A DNA stretch of 54,920 bases from a virus (lineage: Duplodnaviria; Caudoviricetes), in IMG/VR virus record IMGVR_UViG_3300025410_000024, positions 1 through 54,920 of that record, one strand, 5' to 3'. The translations under genes and the position numbers were made by a program. Numbering within the stretch: the first letter of the stretch is position 1; the number at the start of each line of letters is the position of its first letter. The notes below the pieces were generated by a model. It was not told the origin of the DNA, ran no database searches, and was given only the letters and a program-made list of their open reading frames with translations. This document shows positions 26,602-34,745 of the stretch, piece after piece.

Positions 26602-27306
26602 TTACTTGATTTCTACTTCTCGAATAATTTCTTTTACCAATGCAACGTCTGCAGGTACTTCTTTAAATCGTTTCATCCAGAAAGGAACATCAAATGCCGG
26701 AGCAATCATATCTAATTGCTCGTCGCTCATTTTATTAATCATTGATTGTCCCATAGTACTGTTTAATATAACCCAGGGACTGACACGACCATTTAAAATA
26801 TCGTGCACGGCTTTATTTAAACTAACATAGTTGAAGTAATGATTAAATTCTGCGTTGTGATCATCTGCCCATTCCATCATTGTCTGAATACTACGCTGTA
26901 CTGCTGACTCAACTGGTTCTTGTTTAATCATATCATATAGATATGTTTCATATAACTCATCTCTACACCAGTGATCTAATTTTACTCCGCTCTTAATCAC
27001 AAACTCAACAAATTTTTCTGGATACAACGGATTAACATTATTAAGAAAACTACCAAATTTTACAAAGGCATTATAGTAAGCAGTATCACAAAATTCTTTG
27101 TATGTCTTAGGCTTCTTATGGCCACTTAGATACCAAAATCTATTAAAGGCCATAAATCCTGCCTGGACACGTTTTTCGTTTTCTTGTAACGCTCTTCTTT
27201 TCTTTTCACACATATGAGCAACAAGAGTTTTTTCGTGCATAAAACTCTTACCGCAATGTAAACATTGATTAGGTTGTTCCACTAGTGTTATCACTGGTTT
27301 ATCCAA
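26602..27306 (-). CDS. protein with N-terminal C2HC zinc finger
   Basis: CLHCGKSF...HMC. Confidence 0.75.
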   Translation of the reverse strand: MDKPVITLVEQPNQCLHCGKSFMHEKTLVAHMCEKKRRALQENEKRVQAGFMAFNRFWYLSGHKKPKTYKEFCDTAYYNAFVKFGSFLNNVNPLYPEKFVEFVIKSGVKLDHWCRDELYETYLYDMIKQEPVESAVQRSIQTMMEWADDHNAEFNHYFNYVSLNKAVHDILNGRVSPWVILNSTMGQSMINKMSDEQLDMIAPAFDVPFWMKRFKEVPADVALVKEIIREVEIK

Positions 27307-27464
27307 TCTTTTCCGTAGTTTTCTACTATCCTTAATGTATGTTCGGAGAATAATTTTGTTTCAACTAAAATATTATTTTCATATAATTCGATAAGATATT
27401 TTCCGCCATCGCCTTTGACAATAGCAAGTTTATTATCTTTTACAAATTGAGCTAATTCATTCAT
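27291..27464 (-). CDS. small hypothetical protein MNELAQF...
   Basis: AAGGA SD; fills gap. Confidence 0.55.
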   Translation of the reverse strand: MNELAQFVKDNKLAIVKGDGGKYLIELYENNILVETKLFSEHTLRIVENYGKDWINQ

Positions 27465-27921
27465 ATTCTTTCCTTTGTTTTTTATCAAAGCCCATTTTGT
27501 CAAATAGTTCGTCTCTATCTTTTTTATCCATCATTGCTGCCAACATTTTAATTTCATCCATCTTCATAGCAGGATAAAGTTCACATAATAATTTTTCAAT
27601 CTTGTTGGCTTTTTCTTTTTTTCCTGCGGCAAGATATGGGTGGAACGTTGATATTCCTGCTCCTGTGGCCGCAAATAATTTCCATAACAATGCTTTATGA
27701 TTTTTACTTAATTCCCAGTGATTCTTATTAACACATTCGTTGGTCATTTCTAAAAACCATTCTTGGATATCTCTATCCCCTTGAACGTTAGATGTGTACC
27801 TCATTAGAATATATGGACTAAACGCTTTCTTTTCTTCGTCGGTGAGATTATCATAAAAACTATAATTTTTATGATCCACTGCATTTAATTCTCGTTTAAT
27901 ATCAAGTTTTGCTGTTGCCAT
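27457..27921 (-). CDS. possible clamp-loader small subunit (gp62-like)
   Basis: FSPYILMRY.S...EMTN pattern and size; weak. Confidence 0.45.
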   Translation of the reverse strand: MATAKLDIKRELNAVDHKNYSFYDNLTDEEKKAFSPYILMRYTSNVQGDRDIQEWFLEMTNECVNKNHWELSKNHKALLWKLFAATGAGISTFHPYLAAGKKEKANKIEKLLCELYPAMKMDEIKMLAAMMDKKDRDELFDKMGFDKKQRKEYE

Positions 27922-28165
27922 GTTTGTCTTCGTATTCTTTACTGAGCTTATATATTATTATACACTGATCCAACGCCTTTTGTATAGACTCATTGGTCTC
28001 AGAAGCAATTAACACATCATTCCATAATTCTCTGGTAGCTTGTTTTTTAATTTTGTTTAGATCTAACCCGATTATTATTCTATTAAGACTACCTGGTTCT
28101 CGAGCGTATATATGTGCGCCATCATTTTCATAGATATAAGAAATGTTAGGGTTAAGTTGTCCCAT
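27902..28165 (-). CDS. hypothetical protein (paralog of 28471..28674)
   Basis: LW...TN...AL...IIYKLSKE. Confidence 0.75.
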   Translation of the reverse strand: MGQLNPNISYIYENDGAHIYAREPGSLNRIIIGLDLNKIKKQATRELWNDVLIASETNESIQKALDQCIIIYKLSKEYEDKHGNSKT

Positions 28166-28469
28166 CTTCGTGATCCTTAGTTGGTGGTAGACCGTTGCTA
28201 TGTTTATCTGTAGTCTTTTCTACATCCTGAAATAAACGTTTTTCTTGTACAGTAAGTTTATCCTTGTGTGTTTTACGAGGATTTCCGCAAAGATAACAAT
28301 CCGGATTTCCGCAATCCATTGCGTGATGTTTAACTAATCTATGCGGCTCTTTGATATTTTGTTGATCAAAATGATTATTAGACTTAGCAATTTTTACTTG
28401 CTTGTTTATGGCATTTGTATCTTTATGTCTACGGGTAGAGTTTTTAATTTTATCGTCTTCGGTACTCAT
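28152..28469 (-). CDS. basic Cys/His protein
   Basis: HHAMDCGNPDCYLCGNPRK. Confidence 0.75.
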   Translation of the reverse strand: MSTEDDKIKNSTRRHKDTNAINKQVKIAKSNNHFDQQNIKEPHRLVKHHAMDCGNPDCYLCGNPRKTHKDKLTVQEKRLFQDVEKTTDKHSNGLPPTKDHEDGTT

Positions 28470-28470
28470 A

Positions 28471-28674
28471 TTATTCCTTGCTAAGGTGATATATTATTTT
28501 AGCACGTTCTAGTGCTTCGTGTAAAGCAGGATTGGTTCGAGCGGCGCGACGTATCTCTCCCCATAATTTATCTTCCATTATATGTTCTTGTAATGAACGT
28601 CCATTGGGAGTTCTACTATCATACTCAGGATTTCCTGGCAATTTGATATTTTCGGTAAAATTAATTGTAGCCAT
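28471..28674 (-). CDS. hypothetical protein
   Basis: Start MATINF; ends IIYHLSKE. Confidence 0.7.
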   Translation of the reverse strand: MATINFTENIKLPGNPEYDSRTPNGRSLQEHIMEDKLWGEIRRAARTNPALHEALERAKIIYHLSKE

Positions 28675-28675
28675 T

Positions 28676-29179
28676 TTACCAACATTTTGTATAGTCGACA
28701 ATTTCACTTTGACGACTTACTTCTTTAACAAAATATGCACAGGTAGGTTTAGGTCCAGGATGTAACGGAGTACATAATAGTTGACCTGGTCGCATTTTTG
28801 GAAAATACCATTTAACATCTTGATAAACATCGATGATATCTATATCTAAAAATTCAGGTCTAAATCCACTTAATGGATTAAAACAAAAAGTTTTAAATCC
28901 TCGATCATTTAGACTTGTCAAAGGAAGTACTTCCATATCAGGACCTTCTGGATCACCGACAATTGTACACCAATCAAGAGGCATTGTTAATTCGTATGTA
29001 CCTATTCTTAGAACCACAGCAGGTCCTGTAAAACTTTCTAAAAATATCAAAGGAACAAAAAAGTGATCAGGATTTTGGTTATCACTGTTATCTAACACAG
29101 CAAATCTTAAATCTTCAGTTATTTCATCTGGCAATTCATTAAGACTAAATGTCTTATCTTCTAACGTTAAAATTTGCAT
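28676..29179 (-). CDS. hypothetical protein, possibly a degenerate Hint fold
   Basis: TAATG-coupled to the helicase gene; beta pattern (see findings). Confidence 0.7.
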   Translation of the reverse strand: MQILTLEDKTFSLNELPDEITEDLRFAVLDNSDNQNPDHFFVPLIFLESFTGPAVVLRIGTYELTMPLDWCTIVGDPEGPDMEVLPLTSLNDRGFKTFCFNPLSGFRPEFLDIDIIDVYQDVKWYFPKMRPGQLLCTPLHPGPKPTCAYFVKEVSRQSEIVDYTKCW

Positions 29180-30639
29180 TATATATATTTTACCTTTTCG
29201 ATTGTGAATGGATACTTCGCTTCTTTATAAAACTTCTTCCTCTCTGTAAGATGCCTCTTTGCATATTTCGTAGACGCGGTGAGGTCCCAGATTTGTACAA
29301 AGTCTTTGTCCTCTGCTTTTCTAATGCCCCGCCCAATGCTTTGTATAACTCGTGTAAAGCTCTTTCCGGATTCCAACATAACCAAATTAAAAATGCGAGG
29401 GATATTAATACCCACAGCGGCCACACCGTAAGTCGCCACAATAATCTTATTATCCACAATTTTAATTTCATCGTATTCTTCTTTCCTATCTTTGGTTTTG
29501 ACCTTGCCTGAAATAAACACACTGTCGTTTAACTTTTCTTTTAGGAACTCACCGCTTTCGATTCTATCAACTAATACCAATGTATTTCCACTTTCTGCAA
29601 TAGTATTGATCAGTGTAGACAAGTATAACATACGATCCTTGTCAGTTACAAGATATTTTAATTCCTCTGCGTAACTTCCAAACTCTTTCCATTCAGCAGT
29701 TTGTATAATATTAACGTGGCAATTACTTAAAATTCCTTTTTCTTGTAATTCGTGCGCTTTTACACGATGAACAACTTCTCCCAAACTTGCTCTAAGACTT
29801 TGAAATTCGTGATCAGCTTTAGGTACAGTTCCTGTTAATCCCCAACGTATAGGAGTATTTGCTAAATTTTTAGTTAATAGATTTTTTAATACATCTGCCT
29901 TGGCCATATGTACTTCATCGACCATTACACAATTTACACCATCTAATAATTCTGCTAATGTTAATAGTTCTTCATCACTAATTTCTTTGGATTTTTTATC
30001 TAATATATTCAAACTTTGCCAGGTACAAATTGTATGAGTTTTATCAAGATTTTTTCTGTCACCATAGTATACACCTACATCTAACCCGCAATTAATAAAA
30101 TCCTCTTCGGTTTGTTCCACTAGACTCTTGTTAGGAACTATGGTTACAGTTCGACCATATTTTTCACAGATTTTTGCCAAAGTTGCAGTAGTAATTGTCT
30201 TACCAAACCCTGTGGCAATTTCTTGAATGCATTGAGGATTTTCTAAAAATTTATTAATCACCTCTACCTGATCGTCTCTAAGACGAATTGATTCACCAGC
30301 ATATCTATGTCCTTCTGGCCAAGTTTTTTCTCCCCAGAAATCTTCAGAAATTGTATCAAATTGTAAACTAGTTGGATTTCTTAGATCTTCAAATTCTATG
30401 TAATAATTTCTTTCCTCTAGATATTCTAACACCTGAGGTAACATAGAAAGGTATGTAGTTCCACCAATTCCAAAGAAACTCACAGTTCCGTCCCATCGAC
30501 CTAATTTATAAGCAGGTCTATACCTAGCTGTAGGATCTTCATATTTGAATTTCTTGACCAAGGATTTGCGAGTGTCAAGATCTAAATTTTCAATCTTAAC
30601 ATTAACTTCGTCTTTGATTATAAGTTTTGCAGTAGCCAA
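29179..30639 (-). CDS. uvsW: UvsW-like SF2 helicase
   Basis: ATGFGKT, DEVH, GLTGT, QSIGRGIR. Confidence 0.9.
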   Translation of the reverse strand: MATAKLIIKDEVNVKIENLDLDTRKSLVKKFKYEDPTARYRPAYKLGRWDGTVSFFGIGGTTYLSMLPQVLEYLEERNYYIEFEDLRNPTSLQFDTISEDFWGEKTWPEGHRYAGESIRLRDDQVEVINKFLENPQCIQEIATGFGKTITTATLAKICEKYGRTVTIVPNKSLVEQTEEDFINCGLDVGVYYGDRKNLDKTHTICTWQSLNILDKKSKEISDEELLTLAELLDGVNCVMVDEVHMAKADVLKNLLTKNLANTPIRWGLTGTVPKADHEFQSLRASLGEVVHRVKAHELQEKGILSNCHVNIIQTAEWKEFGSYAEELKYLVTDKDRMLYLSTLINTIAESGNTLVLVDRIESGEFLKEKLNDSVFISGKVKTKDRKEEYDEIKIVDNKIIVATYGVAAVGINIPRIFNLVMLESGKSFTRVIQSIGRGIRKAEDKDFVQIWDLTASTKYAKRHLTERKKFYKEAKYPFTIEKVKYI

Positions 30640-31811
30640 TTAAATTCCTTGTTTTCTATTTTTTCTGAAAAATATATTACATTTTGGTGATTTGCTATAT
30701 AATTTTTAATGGTATAATGGACATTATTAACTCCAAAATTAATCACAGTATTAAATTTTAATTTTGATTTTAATAACGGTTTTGGAATCTTACTGCTTAT
30801 AAAAACAACTTCAGTATTATTAGTTATAGGAGAATTCAAATTATTTTCTTTAACAAAATCATTGAATTTTTTACCATTTTCTGAAGGTAATCTAAACATA
30901 ACACTCATTTTGTCATTGTCGATTCCTGCATTTTTTAAAAAACCAACAGCCTGTTCTAATTTTTGTAATTCAGTGCCACCTGGTATAATTATTATACAAG
31001 GTCTTAGAAATTTAATAAAATCTGATAGCTCAGAAATAGGGTAAATTTCTGAATTTATATACATTTTTTCATTGGGTGATGATTTTAAAAAAGATCGAAC
31101 CAATGGATTAACTTTTTCACTATCGATGTGCGCAGATACATTTTCGTCCCAGGTAAAAATTCCATATTTTCTTGCTTCGAATACTGCCTCTAATATATCT
31201 GTACTTTGTAATTCTGGAATATTTTCAGAAATATTGATGTATTTTAATTTTTTATTATCAATTACTAACATAGGAATATAATTCTCTATGTTCGTTAAAA
31301 TTTTAGAAATGTTATTGGAATATCTAGATAACTCTTCATCGAGTTGAAAATTTTCAGTCTTGGCAAAATGTGTTAAGAACAATAAATTGTTTTCAGTTAA
31401 TGAAAAAATCCAGGCTTTTTTGTCTCTATCCCAAGAAAAATGATCTAATGATTTTTTATTTCCTTTAATAATTTTAATGTAGTCTTCATTAAACGGAAAT
31501 TCGACTTTTACAATTTTATTGTATACAGCATTCGATATGATCGACATTCTTTTAATACTAGATATCGAACGTAAAGGCAGTTTATATATAGGATTATCTA
31601 AGAAATTATCAATATTGGTGTTGAAATTTGTGGTCAATAAGTTTTTGTATCTTCGTAGAATTATTAGGGCGTAGTTTCCCTGTTTTTCAGTGAATCCTTT
31701 ACCTTGCAATATTTGATTAGAAAAACTTGATACTAGATTTTTATCATTTGTATTAAGAATTTTATCTAATATGTAAGATAATTTTATAATTAAATCTTCT
31801 ACTGTTGACAT
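30618..31811 (-). CDS. large hypothetical protein
   Basis: 397-aa ORF with upstream minus-strand TTGAAG-N17-TATAAT (31819-31847). Confidence 0.8.
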   Translation of the reverse strand: MSTVEDLIIKLSYILDKILNTNDKNLVSSFSNQILQGKGFTEKQGNYALIILRRYKNLLTTNFNTNIDNFLDNPIYKLPLRSISSIKRMSIISNAVYNKIVKVEFPFNEDYIKIIKGNKKSLDHFSWDRDKKAWIFSLTENNLLFLTHFAKTENFQLDEELSRYSNNISKILTNIENYIPMLVIDNKKLKYINISENIPELQSTDILEAVFEARKYGIFTWDENVSAHIDSEKVNPLVRSFLKSSPNEKMYINSEIYPISELSDFIKFLRPCIIIIPGGTELQKLEQAVGFLKNAGIDNDKMSVMFRLPSENGKKFNDFVKENNLNSPITNNTEVVFISSKIPKPLLKSKLKFNTVINFGVNNVHYTIKNYIANHQNVIYFSEKIENKEFNWLLQNL

Positions 31812-31827
31812 AAGTTATATTATACAT

Positions 31828-32283
31828 TCAAAGTGTAATATCTTCAAGCCCTGCGGCTCTTAATTTAATAATATTGCTTAATTGCCATTGTTTAATATCC
31901 AGGCCTTTAATTATACCTAGCCATTGATTGCGGAGCATAGCAAATTCATTGATAATTTTTTCCATATCGACAACATCTGCTTCACCTTCGACATATTTTT
32001 CACAATCTCTACTACTCAACGCACGTTGATAGTTTTCTAGATATTTTCTGAAGGCTTTGGATTTAACACGCCGAAGCTCGATATTCAAATATTCAAGAAC
32101 TGCTTCGATCTCCTGTAATTGATTAAATCGTTGTTCAACAATGCCAGGCAAGGCCGCTGAAGATTTCTCTACGTTTCCGTAAATTTTTACTTCTTTGCGG
32201 GCCTCTTCTAGCTCGTTGTAAAAGTGATCTAAACAATTTGGAAGATGTGCTATGTCTTTACTGACTTTAGCATACCAACTCAT
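31828..32283 (-). CDS. uvsY: UvsY-like recombination mediator
   Basis: Helical, KYVEGE...WQLSNIIKLRAAG; next to uvsX. Confidence 0.75.
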   Translation of the reverse strand: MSWYAKVSKDIAHLPNCLDHFYNELEEARKEVKIYGNVEKSSAALPGIVEQRFNQLQEIEAVLEYLNIELRRVKSKAFRKYLENYQRALSSRDCEKYVEGEADVVDMEKIINEFAMLRNQWLGIIKGLDIKQWQLSNIIKLRAAGLEDITL

Positions 32284-32540
32284 TAATAGTCCTCGTCGGC
32301 TTCGTCAAAATCCCAATTATCTTCTTCGTCCTCATCGCTTTCATCGCGATTTTCATCAAGAACAAGATTAATTGCAGTATCTAAACTAGCATCATACCCG
32401 GTTAATCCTTCAAGTGTGGTTAACTCAATATCTTTACTAAGTAAAAAATCTACATAATGACTTGCGGCTGTGTCTTTTGCTTTTTCTGAGATATATTCTT
32501 TAAATAGATCCCAAGTTTCGATAATTAGATCTTCTTCCAT
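32283..32540 (-). CDS. small acidic protein
   Basis: GAGG SD, TAATG coupling. Confidence 0.75.
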   Translation of the reverse strand: MEEDLIIETWDLFKEYISEKAKDTAASHYVDFLLSKDIELTTLEGLTGYDASLDTAINLVLDENRDESDEDEEDNWDFDEADEDY

Positions 32541-32542
32541 TA

Positions 32543-33598
32543 TTATTCCTCAATTTCCTCAAGAGTTGATACGCTAGGAGTAAATGCAGATTCGTCCCAT
32601 TCAGACATAATAACCATTAGTTTGTCTTCTGTCCAATTTTTACGGAATTCTGCAGATATTTCGCCTGTCTTCTTACTTATATATTGTAACTTATTTCCGC
32701 TCTTTGTCAAGACGCCCATTTTCTCAAATAAATCAACTAACCCAGAAGTAGGAGCCATACCTGTTGAATAAGGAATTTTAACCTGTACTGTTTCAAACGG
32801 TTTAGCATACCGAGTTTTCATAACTTTACAGGCACTACGAATACCTAATACATCACTGACTTTATTGCCGTCTTCGTCTTCTTTTAGTTTGAGTTTTTTC
32901 ATTGCAACAACAATACTAGATGCATAGACAAATCCTTGTCCACCGCTAATTTTATCGTCTGGATCAAACATATCTTGTGAAGCGTAAGTATGATTTGTAC
33001 AAACCATACCGACATTGTAACTACCAAACATATTAACACAGTTGCGAACAAGTGCTGTAAGTGCTTTAGGTTTACGACCCATATCACCTTTCAAATCACC
33101 TGCTTCGAACTGATTAATATCAGTAGGAGTAAGTAACATACCCAATGAATCTATAACAAATAACACCTTAGGGCGATCAGTTGGATCCATTGTTTTGTAC
33201 TCTGACATAAATTCGTGAATAGTTTTAGCTACATCATCGATCATTGCCATATTAAGTTTTAGAAGTTTATCATCGGCTGTATCTACTCCTAAATCTTTTA
33301 ACCACTTTTCATCGAGTGCATTTTCGGAATCAATTAAGATTGTAAAAATACCTTGCTCTTGAGCGTGTTTAATAATATTACCAGAACAGATATAACTTTT
33401 ACCTGCTCCGGATTCACCTGCAAAAACTGTTACCTTACCAAGAGGAACTCCCCTAAAGAAGTCCCCTGATATAAGATAGTTTAGTGCATAGTTGCCAGTT
33501 GAGATCCAATCAGTTGGATCATTGAATCCAATTCCTAAGCCATCAATACTTTTAGTGATAGACTTACGGAACTTTGAAATATCAAAGCTCTTTGTCAT
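32543..33598 (-). CDS. uvsX: RecA-like recombinase
   Basis: AGESGAGKS, IDSENA, VIDSLG, TNHTY, SGG. Confidence 0.95.
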   Translation of the reverse strand: MTKSFDISKFRKSITKSIDGLGIGFNDPTDWISTGNYALNYLISGDFFRGVPLGKVTVFAGESGAGKSYICSGNIIKHAQEQGIFTILIDSENALDEKWLKDLGVDTADDKLLKLNMAMIDDVAKTIHEFMSEYKTMDPTDRPKVLFVIDSLGMLLTPTDINQFEAGDLKGDMGRKPKALTALVRNCVNMFGSYNVGMVCTNHTYASQDMFDPDDKISGGQGFVYASSIVVAMKKLKLKEDEDGNKVSDVLGIRSACKVMKTRYAKPFETVQVKIPYSTGMAPTSGLVDLFEKMGVLTKSGNKLQYISKKTGEISAEFRKNWTEDKLMVIMSEWDESAFTPSVSTLEEIEE

Positions 33599-33609
33599 AG
33601 TCTATCTCC

Positions 33610-34611
33610 TTAGTTTGATTGACGTTTACGAATCATTGCAATAATGTCTGCGGCACGACTTGAAGCATCGCCACCAGCTGATGCAGGTGCAGATGTTGTT
33701 GGTGTCAGCTCAGCATCAAATGGTGCAACTTCATCTTCATCTACTGTTGTTGGAGCAGGTGCAGATGCTTTAGCAGGTGCAGGTGCTGGTGTGTTTGTAG
33801 TCGAACCTGTTGCTTGTCCACTACCGCCCATTCCTGCTGGTTTGAAATATTGTCCCCAACGGTCCATATCAAATGCTTCGCCATCTACTGATGCTTCGAA
33901 CATTTCTTTCATAACCTTGAGTTCTACTTCGCCTGGTTTCTTTGGCAAAAAGTCTGATAAATTAAACAAACCATATTGCTCAATTGCGGCTTTTTCTGCA
34001 TCACTTAGTGCACGTTCACGACGAGCCCAGGTTGATGTAGAATAATCAGCATATCCACCTTTAGATGTTTTTGCAATCTTGAAATCTAAACCACGCAAAT
34101 AGTCTGTTGGCAATTCTTCAATCTCACTATCCATTAGTGCATTTTTAACAATGTTAAAAATTTGACTACCAATGATAAATCTACGAATTGGATTTGCTGG
34201 AGTTTGGTCTTCTTGTAATTTTCCATCAACTACAAAGCCTTGGAACAAATAAGATTTTTTCTTCCAGTATTTACGACCCATATCTTCTAAAGATTTATCC
34301 TTAAACCAAGGACGTACTTCTGTTAAGATTGGACAAGTCTCTCCCCACATTTCCATACAAGGAACTTGTACAAATGATGGTTTGCTGTTTGTATCACCTT
34401 TGATTCCGGCGAATGGTAACTTAATTAAGTTACGTTCTTGCCAAAAGAAAGTGTTGTTTGTGTTACCATCTGGTAAGAATCTAACTGTAGTTGTTGATCC
34501 TTCTGGAGCATTCCAGTGAGGGTAAATTGCGTTGTCTCCACCGCCCGTGCTACCGGTGTTTTGTTGAGATGATGCTTGAAGTTTTGCGCGAATTTCTGCT
34601 AAAGTTGCCAT
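33610..34611 (-). CDS. single-stranded DNA-binding protein (gp32-like)
   Basis: VRFLPD...CPI...YADY..S; acidic/Ala-Pro tail; next to uvsX. Confidence 0.88.
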   Translation of the reverse strand: MATLAEIRAKLQASSQQNTGSTGGGDNAIYPHWNAPEGSTTTVRFLPDGNTNNTFFWQERNLIKLPFAGIKGDTNSKPSFVQVPCMEMWGETCPILTEVRPWFKDKSLEDMGRKYWKKKSYLFQGFVVDGKLQEDQTPANPIRRFIIGSQIFNIVKNALMDSEIEELPTDYLRGLDFKIAKTSKGGYADYSTSTWARRERALSDAEKAAIEQYGLFNLSDFLPKKPGEVELKVMKEMFEASVDGEAFDMDRWGQYFKPAGMGGSGQATGSTTNTPAPAPAKASAPAPTTVDEDEVAPFDAELTPTTSAPASAGGDASSRAADIIAMIRKRQSN

Positions 34612-34674
34612 AATGTTTTTCCTTAATAAATGTAATTTTATGTGCCATTCCTTTAAAGCCCACTGACTAAAAAG

Positions 34675-34707
34675 AAAAAGTGCATATAGTTAACTATACG
34701 CACTTTT
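34675..34707. terminator. bidirectional terminator-like hairpin
   Basis: AAAAGTGC-ATATAG-TTAA-CTATAC-GCACTTTT. Confidence 0.7.
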
Positions 34708-34745
34708 ATTTATTATTACAACCTAAAAGGTGTTTATAATATGGG

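Noticed and set aside
33644-34045. 133-aa plus-strand ORF
   Set aside because: Antisense to the low-complexity SSB tail
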